Virus record (IMG/VR): IMGVR_UViG_3300037991_005016
Coordinates: 1-36,382 of that record
Direction: 5' to 3' (one strand)
DNA: 36,382 bases
Source: a virus
Taxonomy: Duplodnaviria; Caudoviricetes
Shown here: piece after piece, positions 17,482 through 24,910 of the stretch
Layout of the letters: every line of letters starts with the position of its first letter
Position numbering within the stretch: the first letter of the stretch is position 1
Made by a program: the position numbers and the translations under genes
The notes under the pieces: generated by a model
What the model was told of the DNA's origin: nothing
Seen by the model: the letters and a program-made list of their open reading frames with translations, nothing else
The model's database searches: none

Positions 17482-18027
17482 CTACCACTTTACTTTATTA
17501 GCCCAATACGCTGCGCTAGTTCTACCTCTTTTGATATTTTTTCTATGACGACTCTTGAATGATTTTCTTTTTGCCTTCATTCTTTTGCTTTCACCTTTTT
17601 TTGGTTTACCTGCTACACTTGCTCCTTGTTCTCCGAAGCGAATAGTCTTGACTTTATCTCCGTCTTTAACAACTACAACATGTGATTTCTTAGGGTGTTT
17701 AGGAGTTCTCTTAGGTTTTCCAAAGCCACTAACACCGGCTCTCTTTAAAGCAGGGTGTTTCTTTCTTTTAACTATATCAAACCAATGTGCCTTCTGCATT
17801 ACTGTTCCTGTGCTTCTCATAGGAGGAAGGGCGGAAATCCCTCTTGAAGCAATTGCTCTTTTTGCTCGGTTAAGGTCTTCTTGAGTTATGGGTCTATTAT
17901 TGAATTTATAAATTGTTTTAATTTCTTGCTTAAGTCTTTTTCCGTATTGTTGTAGGGCTTGGTTATACGCAAATTTGACATTATCATCTTGAAATTTAAT
18001 ACCAAACTTTTCAATATCTTGCGTCAT
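17482..18027 (-). CDS. Two-part protein; C-terminal basic domain widespread in phages
   Basis: 181 aa; internal QKAHWFDIVK precedes KPKRTPKHPKKSHVV...IRFGEQG...SFKSRH...SAAYWANKVKW. Confidence 0.72.
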   Translation of the reverse strand: MTQDIEKFGIKFQDDNVKFAYNQALQQYGKRLKQEIKTIYKFNNRPITQEDLNRAKRAIASRGISALPPMRSTGTVMQKAHWFDIVKRKKHPALKRAGVSGFGKPKRTPKHPKKSHVVVVKDGDKVKTIRFGEQGASVAGKPKKGESKRMKAKRKSFKSRHRKNIKRGRTSAAYWANKVKW

Positions 18028-18425
18028 TGTTTACCCCTCATTTGATTTTCTTTAGATGTTTTATCATCATCAATCGGGCCACCTTTAGCCCAAGTATAGC
18101 AAGTTCTTGCTGAATGACATTTAAAATCGTGCATCCAACAGTAACCTAAACGCCCATCTTCATCAGTAGTTAATGGCATGCAATCATCCATTCTAGGTGA
18201 TATATCGAATGCAATACAATTACTACAATTAGATTTCTTTGCTACTTCGGGAGTAGTCTTCCATCTTTTAGCATACTCTTCCCAATACTTTTTATCATTA
18301 AGATTAAGTGGCCCATATCTAATATTAGGGTTTTTAACTGCGTTATCTCTATTCTTGGTATTAACCATTAGGTCTTGTGTAGCCAAAGGACACGCAAGTT
18401 GCTTAAGAATAATATGCCAAGTCAT
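18024..18425 (-). CDS. W-tagged Cys-rich metal-binding protein (HiPIP-like Cys spacing)
   Basis: Start moved to ATG 18425 (MTWHIILKQ); CSNC...GYCWMHDFKCHSARTCYTW. Confidence 0.7.
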   Translation of the reverse strand: MTWHIILKQLACPLATQDLMVNTKNRDNAVKNPNIRYGPLNLNDKKYWEEYAKRWKTTPEVAKKSNCSNCIAFDISPRMDDCMPLTTDEDGRLGYCWMHDFKCHSARTCYTWAKGGPIDDDKTSKENQMRGKQ

Positions 18426-18429
18426 AGTA

Positions 18430-18786
18430 TCATCTCGGTCTATGGGTGTAAATGTCTCCATCTTTGTGCATGAATATAACTTTCTTTCTTTTCATAGCAT
18501 TAAGAACTCTCTTTAATTCTTTAGGAGGACATATTGCTTTTAGATTTTTCATACCTAATGCTCCTCCTTCTTTTTTAATTTCAGCAAGTATTTCTTTTTC
18601 TATTTGAGCATCAGTTTTCATGGCTTTCTTTTCATCTCTAAGCATAGCAAAATCTTTTCCTGTTATTTTACCATCTTTATCCTTATCAATTCTTTTTTGG
18701 TTTCCATAAAGCATTTTTTCATCTTCTTTATGAGTTCCACAATGGGCTTTTTCTTCTTCTGTTTTTAATATATCTTTCCAATTCAT
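18430..18786 (-). CDS. W-tagged protein with an EF-hand-like loop and probable winged helix
   Basis: MNWKDILKT; DKDKDGKITGKDF is a canonical DxDxDG loop; C-terminal helix-helix-beta hairpin. Confidence 0.72.
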   Translation of the reverse strand: MNWKDILKTEEEKAHCGTHKEDEKMLYGNQKRIDKDKDGKITGKDFAMLRDEKKAMKTDAQIEKEILAEIKKEGGALGMKNLKAICPPKELKRVLNAMKRKKVIFMHKDGDIYTHRPR

Positions 18787-19133
18787 CTTGTAAATCCCCT
18801 TCCCCTACTTTTTGTTTTTTGCTTACTCGCTTGCTTTCTTTGTTTAGCGTAAGTATGTGCCGTTTTTAGCCTTTTCTTTGTTTTAGGGTCTTTAGCATTT
18901 TTAACGGCGGCTCTTAATCTTTGTTCCACTAAGTTAATTATTTGTGATTGTCTTTTATGAGATTTAGATTTAAACGCACTACTGCTAAATGTTTCTTTAA
19001 CATCTTTAACGGTTCTAAATTTTACAGGAACAGTATCTTTTGGATTTTCATCTGTATATAATCTTCTTGCTGAACCTTTAGGTTTTTTACCCGTTCCTTT
19101 TTTCGGGTCAGCCTTCAAGATATTTTGCCACAT
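18783..19133 (-). CDS. W-tagged basic protein
   Basis: Start moved to ATG 19133 (MWQNILKA); PKKGTGKKPKGSARRLYTDENPKDTV motif familiar from marine phage ORFs. Confidence 0.72.
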   Translation of the reverse strand: MWQNILKADPKKGTGKKPKGSARRLYTDENPKDTVPVKFRTVKDVKETFSSSAFKSKSHKRQSQIINLVEQRLRAAVKNAKDPKTKKRLKTAHTYAKQRKQASKQKTKSRGRGFTR

Positions 19134-19138
19134 TGTAA

Positions 19139-19423
19139 TCACTTTTGACTAAACTTCTTTCCTGTCGGCACATGTTGAACGCCTTTTTTACGGCCTTTTC
19201 TTTTCTTAGCGTCTTGATACCTTAGTGTTTTTTTATCTGTTCTTTGATAGGTCGCTCTAGGCATATATCTTCCTTTAGTTTTTGATTTAGGTTTCTTTCC
19301 TTTTGCTTTCGCTCTATGTTGTTCGGCACTTCCCCAATCTTCCTGTGTCCATTGGGTCAAATCCTGTTGCCTTTTTGACTTGGCTTTTAGGATATTCCAC
19401 CATTTAATTACGATAACCGCCAC
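19139..19423 (-). CDS. W-tagged basic protein (start uncertain)
   Basis: KWWNILKA...QQDLTQWTQEDWG...GRYMPRA; only in-frame start is GTG overlapping the upstream gene. Confidence 0.65.
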   Translation of the reverse strand: MAVIVIKWWNILKAKSKRQQDLTQWTQEDWGSAEQHRAKAKGKKPKSKTKGRYMPRATYQRTDKKTLRYQDAKKRKGRKKGVQHVPTGKKFSQK

Positions 19424-19610
19424 CTGCCCGTTTGTAGGCTTGGGCTAACATCTGTGCTTTTCTAGCCGACCATTGACCTTTAGCCCCGCCTTTATTTCCT
19501 CTTTTTATTCTATTGAAGATTTTTCTACGCATAGTAGGTTGAGTATAATTACCTGCTTGATTTACAGTAGATTTTTTCTTTTTCTTTTTCAATACTTCTT
19601 CCCATTTCAT
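19404..19610 (-). CDS. W-tagged small basic protein (DUF5872-like, from memory)
   Basis: MKWEEVLKK; NYTQPTMR...GGAKGQWSARKAQMLAQAYKRAGGGY. Confidence 0.72.
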   Translation of the reverse strand: MKWEEVLKKKKKKSTVNQAGNYTQPTMRRKIFNRIKRGNKGGAKGQWSARKAQMLAQAYKRAGGGYRN

Positions 19611-19616
19611 AATTCA

Positions 19617-19871
19617 TCACTCTCTAATATGTCTAGGTAATTCTTTTCTCATCCTATCTAATTCTTTTTCTGTTTCATTTATTATGTCTTTTTGAATATT
19701 TTTAATAAGTTCTCTTGCCTGTTCTAACGGAAAGCCTGTTTCTTTATTCATTTTGATGGCTTGTTCCTCAATATCATCATATAAGTTATCTAGTAATTTT
19801 TCTAGTCTTTCTATAAGATTTAACATTTCACCATAAGATTGTTCATCTTTTAAAATAGATTTCCACTTCAT
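19617..19871 (-). CDS. W-tagged helical protein
   Basis: 84 aa, MKWKSILKD, coiled-coil composition. Confidence 0.72.
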   Translation of the reverse strand: MKWKSILKDEQSYGEMLNLIERLEKLLDNLYDDIEEQAIKMNKETGFPLEQARELIKNIQKDIINETEKELDRMRKELPRHIRE

Positions 19872-20011
19872 TTCTTATCCCTCGCTTTTTCCCAACAACT
19901 ATCACAATACCCATAGGGGTGAACTTCTTTTGCAGTATAGCATCTTCCACAATATCTAATTTCTAATTTTCTTTTTTCAACTATCCATTCTTCTATTTCT
20001 TGTTTATTCAT
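19868..20011 (-). CDS. Small Zn-finger protein (47 aa), absent from ORF track
   Basis: Manual translation MNKQEIEEWIVEKRKLEIRYCGRCYTAKEVHPYGYCDSCWEKARDKK; two CxxC; fills the gap with ATGA overlaps at both ends. Confidence 0.7.
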   Translation of the reverse strand: MNKQEIEEWIVEKRKLEIRYCGRCYTAKEVHPYGYCDSCWEKARDKK

Positions 20012-21363
20012 ACTAGTATTCCCCCTATATTTTCCATACTATCCATTAAAGACATTTTGCAGTTATCTTTGTATTTCTGTATGTTGTCAAGATATATTCC
20101 TTCTTTTAACCAATCGAAGCCTACATGGTCTTTGTGATTCTCCCACTTCATTAACTTAAATATCTCATCACATCTTCCTTTATACCAATCCTCTTTCTTG
20201 TATGATTTCTTCATTCGTATAAGTTCCATAAGTAATTTAGCATTACCTTTCTTCAGTCTAAAGTGCGGTAGGCACTTTTCTAATAGGCCGTAAACATCAT
20301 CTTGAGAATAAAAATTTAATCTTTGAACAGGTCTAGTTTGTTGTGGAGACTTTTGATTTAGATGTAATTTGCCAAAGCCTATACTTTTGTGCATCTCTTC
20401 CATAAATGCCCTTCCTCTTTCTCCCGTAGCAATTAACCCTACTCTTGGATTGTGGTTTCTATCCATTGTAATATATCCATCGGAGTCTATGAACGCTGCC
20501 GTATAAGCCCAAATATTTTTCTTGAGCATTGTTGGTAATTTGTAATATGAACCATTAACATTAGCAACATCAAGTTTCTTTACCATTTTAGAAATCATAT
20601 TTGTTGTAGTGCTTTTGTGTAGATTGTTCGGCATTCTATCATGTATTTGTTTAGCACCGATAGAAGGACTCTTAATAATTTCACTTTCAATAAAAGACAT
20701 AATCCTTTCTTTTTTGCTTTTAGTTATAGATTGGTCGGTAATATTTTTTATTTGTTTCTTATAATCTCTTTTAGCAAGACGACATTCTTTTTCAATTTGA
20801 GCATATTCTTTTGAGTATGCCATACCATCTTTCTTTAAATCCCCTTCCCAATACTTACAGATAGAGTCAATAATATCTCTTCTACCATTAACGCTATCAA
20901 TTTTATTTATTTTTCTTAAGTCTTTTTCATTAAAACCCATTTTTAATACTGCGGGTTTATAGGGTCTTAACCAATAAATAGAATCTATGCACTTATTGAT
21001 ATGGTCGGAGTAGCCATCAATAATAGTATCAATTGCCTTAGCCATTTTAATTCTTTGCTCTCCTTTTAGTTTTCTTCTAGCCTTTCTCATCTTTTTAACT
21101 AAATCGGGAATGTTTTCTCCATCTATTGAATAATCGTTGGGAAAAGAACTTAGTTGTTTTCTAGCATCACTCGCATTAATGTTTAAATTCTTAGAAAGTA
21201 AATTTACTGCTTCGTAATCAGACATAATATAATCATCAACAGAAGCCAATTTAGTTCCTAATGCTTCCTCAATCTCGTCTTTAGTTTCATCTTGTTCTTC
21301 CTGCAATTCTGCAAGGCGATTCATTTGTTGCGAGCCTTCTCTATATTCTTCGGCAGTTGGCAT
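20008..21363 (-). CDS. Protein with C-terminal LAGLIDADG endonuclease-like domain
   Basis: 451 aa; YTAAFIDSDGYI motif, later GFGKLH and LPHFRLKKGNAKLLMEL typical of single-motif LAGLIDADG domains; AGGTGA RBS. Confidence 0.78.
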   Translation of the reverse strand: MPTAEEYREGSQQMNRLAELQEEQDETKDEIEEALGTKLASVDDYIMSDYEAVNLLSKNLNINASDARKQLSSFPNDYSIDGENIPDLVKKMRKARRKLKGEQRIKMAKAIDTIIDGYSDHINKCIDSIYWLRPYKPAVLKMGFNEKDLRKINKIDSVNGRRDIIDSICKYWEGDLKKDGMAYSKEYAQIEKECRLAKRDYKKQIKNITDQSITKSKKERIMSFIESEIIKSPSIGAKQIHDRMPNNLHKSTTTNMISKMVKKLDVANVNGSYYKLPTMLKKNIWAYTAAFIDSDGYITMDRNHNPRVGLIATGERGRAFMEEMHKSIGFGKLHLNQKSPQQTRPVQRLNFYSQDDVYGLLEKCLPHFRLKKGNAKLLMELIRMKKSYKKEDWYKGRCDEIFKLMKWENHKDHVGFDWLKEGIYLDNIQKYKDNCKMSLMDSMENIGGILV

Positions 21364-21374
21364 TTTACATCACC

Positions 21375-22805
21375 TTAAAAATTAATTCCCATGACTCCTT
21401 GAGAGCGTTTATACTTATTGACCTTTGGCGGGTCAAATATCCCCATGTCGTCTAAGAGTATGAATGTTTCACTCATTGTATGAGTGGCAGCGTTTGCTAA
21501 TGCTAAACTCATAACCATGTCGTCATGCGCTCCTATTCCCTCAAACTTTCCTTTGTCTGTTATAGCAAACATAGATAGTTCTTCTATAAGAGTAGAAGTT
21601 ACTCGACGACTTTCTTCATTAGCATAAGGTAAAATTATCTTTCCATTTTCAAAATTCATTTGTAGACTTAGGATAATCTCCTCTTTCTTTTTTCTAGTTG
21701 TATTAAAGTCATGCACATTTAAGTCTGTAACATTTCTAATCTCTTGTGTAAATGATTTAGCAAATGTATTTGTTTCAAACAATATTGCTTCGGGCTGAAA
21801 CACTTTACCAATCAACTTTACTTTCTGTATGTTTTCTCTAAACTCTACATTCTTAGAACGGTCAATAAATACGATAGTTTTGTTATCGTTTTCATCTACC
21901 TCTAATACAGTGATTACATTGTAGTCACCATCAGTAGAAATAGCAGGGTCAATACCAACATAATATTTGTAGCCCTCTCTACGCATAGGTTTCAAAACAT
22001 GGTCTTTACTCTTAGCCGCTTCTAAATATTCGGGATTAAACAAAGAAGTTCCCGTTGATATAGGAACGCACATATATTCTCTTGTAAACATTAGTGAACC
22101 TACTTCCGCCTTTCTTGCCATAAGAGCATCATAATCCCACCTGTTAGGCCATAGTGGTTCATTGAGAGCATTAAGACAAGGATATGTTCTAAGAGTATAT
22201 GCGGGGTTTTCAGCAAGTTGTTGGTATATATCTGTATAACTAAATGGAGTTCCAATAACTCTTAGAGAAGCGGTGTGGTGAAGTGTTGGTATCATGTCAC
22301 CATAAAACCAATCAGTGACTTTTTGAATACCAGTCATACTAAACTCTTTCAAAGGGTCGTCAATAATAATCTCTTGAGGGTGAAGACCTCTAATCTGTGA
22401 ACCAACAGAACGCTCCAAAATTTGATTACCGTTGGTAAGTGTAATATTTCCAATAGCCCAACCCTTAGCAGGTTTAAATTTCTTAAGCATGGGGTGATTG
22501 AATAACTTGTCAATATCTCTCATGTGAACTAATGTCTGTTTTTGGTTAGAAGAAATGTATAGCATTTGATATGGAGGCTCTCTAAAAACTAAATTCCATA
22601 CAACCCAACTGTGCATAAATACTGATTTACCGTGACCTCTTGAACAAATAATAACAGTTCTTTGGGTATCATTCATTAAATCATACCATTCCTTTTGGTG
22701 GTTAGCAAACTCCCAACCTAAAACATTTTGAAAGAAATATGGGAATGAGTTTTTAGATAACTCCATATCCATTTGATGTTCAAAATTAAAATCGTCAAGG
22801 TTCAT
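21375..22805 (-). CDS. terL: Terminase large subunit
   Basis: Q-motif HQ, Walker A SRGHGKS, Walker B IIIDD, motif III IGTP, nuclease GIDPA and HDDMVMSLALA. Confidence 0.93.
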   Translation of the reverse strand: MNLDDFNFEHQMDMELSKNSFPYFFQNVLGWEFANHQKEWYDLMNDTQRTVIICSRGHGKSVFMHSWVVWNLVFREPPYQMLYISSNQKQTLVHMRDIDKLFNHPMLKKFKPAKGWAIGNITLTNGNQILERSVGSQIRGLHPQEIIIDDPLKEFSMTGIQKVTDWFYGDMIPTLHHTASLRVIGTPFSYTDIYQQLAENPAYTLRTYPCLNALNEPLWPNRWDYDALMARKAEVGSLMFTREYMCVPISTGTSLFNPEYLEAAKSKDHVLKPMRREGYKYYVGIDPAISTDGDYNVITVLEVDENDNKTIVFIDRSKNVEFRENIQKVKLIGKVFQPEAILFETNTFAKSFTQEIRNVTDLNVHDFNTTRKKKEEIILSLQMNFENGKIILPYANEESRRVTSTLIEELSMFAITDKGKFEGIGAHDDMVMSLALANAATHTMSETFILLDDMGIFDPPKVNKYKRSQGVMGINF

Positions 22806-23113
22806 TTTGCCGCCTCTTTTATTTTAGCCAATGCCCTCTTTAGTTTCATATCTTGTGTTTTATTATCTAAAGCAGTTGCCGCTTCTTGTATGCGTTGATT
22901 ACTATAATAGAAAAAAAGAACATCTCTTTGTATTTTCTTTGGGGTCAGTTTACTATTAATTATCTTTAATATTAAATTTTTAAAAAGTTTTTCAAAGGAT
23001 TCTGCCGCTTGTTCATGTTTATCTTTTATATTAAATAAAGATAATTTTGGTGATTTATATTGAGAGGCTTCTCCATAACGCCAATCAAATTTTTTAACTT
23101 CATCAAACCACAT
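22802..23113 (-). CDS. W-tagged hypothetical protein
   Basis: 103 aa, MWFDEVKK. Confidence 0.72.
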   Translation of the reverse strand: MWFDEVKKFDWRYGEASQYKSPKLSLFNIKDKHEQAAESFEKLFKNLILKIINSKLTPKKIQRDVLFFYYSNQRIQEAATALDNKTQDMKLKRALAKIKEAAK

Positions 23114-23116
23114 TAA

Positions 23117-23761
23117 TTACCGCCTCCTTCTATTTTTTTGTCTATTTTTATTTTTTCTTCTTGTAGGGGGAGGCGAAAGCGTAAATCCTCTTGGTTTTTC
23201 TTTTGGCTTTGGTTTCTCTTTTGGTTCTTCCTTTTCTGGTTCTTTTTCAAGAATAGCCTGTCCTTTAGGGTGATTAGGTTTAATACCTTTATAAAAACAA
23301 TCTACTTTTTTTCTTCCTGTGTATTCTCTTTTTAATTGAGATAAAGTACGCGAATCAAAATAATTTGTAAAAACAATTAATTTCGTTATCAATTCTTGGT
23401 TTTGATTTCTCATATTACGATTAAATTTTTTTGTTGTTCCTGCTATTCTTCTTTCTTTTGTAGTATAAATATCTACTAAAATAACTTCATAATTATTTAC
23501 ATCTTCTTTTCTATAAAACCAATATCTTCCTTGAGCGAGGTCTTTGACGCAATCAACCCATTTTTCAATTTCATCAGTATTTCTATTAGAAGTTCCATGA
23601 TTTCCATGAACTCCTTTTAAATAATGACCCCTTACGATAACTCTAACTGTTCCATAATCATATGCCTTTGGTGGATAATCAACATGGGACATATCATGTT
23701 CGGGCATCGCATAATCAAAATAATGGCTTGGAGGCATGACCTTTAGAATATCAAACCACAT
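23117..23761 (-). CDS. W-tagged hypothetical protein with basic tail
   Basis: Start moved to ATG 23761 (MWFDILKV) after AGGTGGAG RBS. Confidence 0.72.
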   Translation of the reverse strand: MWFDILKVMPPSHYFDYAMPEHDMSHVDYPPKAYDYGTVRVIVRGHYLKGVHGNHGTSNRNTDEIEKWVDCVKDLAQGRYWFYRKEDVNNYEVILVDIYTTKERRIAGTTKKFNRNMRNQNQELITKLIVFTNYFDSRTLSQLKREYTGRKKVDCFYKGIKPNHPKGQAILEKEPEKEEPKEKPKPKEKPRGFTLSPPPTRRKNKNRQKNRRRR

Positions 23762-23770
23762 TAACTCCAC

Positions 23771-24079
23771 CTACTGATATAGTTCTCCCTTTTTTCTTTG
23801 AATAATCTTATCTAATTCTTCTTTGAGTTCCTTTCCATTTTTATATTTAGTTTCTATTATCTCAACAATTTTCCTAAATAGTTTCATAATGTCTTTATGT
23901 TCAGCACCTTTTCCTTTGTAAGCAATCATTTGAATTATATCTGTTATAGCAAACCAATTCCTTCCTGTTCCTCTATCTAATTTACCTTGCATTTCATATA
24001 TTGAATTTATAAAAACTTGAATCCACTCTTCCATTTCATTAAGAGGAGTAAAGTCATTTTTTATAATATCAAACCACAT
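23771..24079 (-). CDS. W-tagged helical protein
   Basis: 102 aa, MWFDIIKN. Confidence 0.72.
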   Translation of the reverse strand: MWFDIIKNDFTPLNEMEEWIQVFINSIYEMQGKLDRGTGRNWFAITDIIQMIAYKGKGAEHKDIMKLFRKIVEIIETKYKNGKELKEELDKIIQRKKGELYQ

Positions 24080-24906
24080 TAACGCCTATCCTCCAACTCA
24101 TATCTTTCATTACTGCTTCTAGCCATTTCATCAGCAATACCTTTTAGATATTGATTTCTTTTTTCGGGATTCTTTACACCCCTTTTCAAATAACCATTTA
24201 CCATTCTTCTATTGATAGAGTCTAAGTTAGAGTACCTAACATATTTTTTTCTATCTTTAGGAAATTTATCTTCCTTGATACCAATAATCAACTGTTTCCA
24301 TTTATAATTACTCATAGGTTTTTCGCCCTTCGCTATACCGCTTGGCGAGAAAAAGCCATTTATAATAGTTGGTTCTTTAACTACTCCCCACCATTCACTT
24401 TCAAGAACTAAGAATTTTTGCACTTGGTCGTTATAATTAGTTCCTTCAAGTTCCTCTTGTATTTCTTTAGGAAGGGATTCTACTTTCATATCCTTAAACC
24501 CTGCATTTCTATAAAGTTCGGCTGCTCTTGGATTTGTTAAATTAATATACAATGTCTTGCTTCCTTTTTCCTTAAGTAGTTTATCTAACAATATATCTGC
24601 AAGTCCTTCATACCCGTCGCTTTTTCTATATCCTTTTCTAATGTGTATTCCTGCACCCAATAGTGCCTTCTTATATGTAGAAAAACCAATTACTGCAATA
24701 GGTTTATTTTTGTAATATGCCATAAACATAGTAGCAGGGCTAGTTGCCCAAATAGAATCTTTGGATAGATTACGCCCATATCTAATACTTCTTTTTTGAA
24801 ACTCGGTATAGCCATCATCAAGAAACTTTTTACTAGCCTCATCCTCGCTCATTTTTTCAAATGTAATGTCTTTAGCCTCAAGTTTAGTAGGCGTATTTTC
24901 TGCCAT
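24079..24906 (-). CDS. GNAT-family acetyltransferase-like protein with extra C-terminal domain
   Basis: FMAYYKNKPIAVIGF, GIHIRKGYRK..G..GLADILL (motif A-like), NPRAAELYRNAGFK (motif B); internal EWWGVVKE. Confidence 0.68.
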   Translation of the reverse strand: MAENTPTKLEAKDITFEKMSEDEASKKFLDDGYTEFQKRSIRYGRNLSKDSIWATSPATMFMAYYKNKPIAVIGFSTYKKALLGAGIHIRKGYRKSDGYEGLADILLDKLLKEKGSKTLYINLTNPRAAELYRNAGFKDMKVESLPKEIQEELEGTNYNDQVQKFLVLESEWWGVVKEPTIINGFFSPSGIAKGEKPMSNYKWKQLIIGIKEDKFPKDRKKYVRYSNLDSINRRMVNGYLKRGVKNPEKRNQYLKGIADEMARSSNERYELEDRR

Positions 24907-24910
24907 GTTA

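Larger units (their letters stand above)
23102..24083. repeat. Junction repeat family C, (AAT)ATCAAACCACATTAA(C), 3 copies
   Basis: Copies at 23102-23116, 23747-23765, 24065-24083; minus strand TTAATGTGGTTTGAT covering the start of three consecutive genes. Confidence 0.75.

Noticed and set aside
20008-22805. Intein or group I intron associated with terL/LAGLIDADG
   Set aside because: TerL is complete and uninterrupted; the LAGLIDADG ORF has its own RBS and lacks C/S...HN splice motifs
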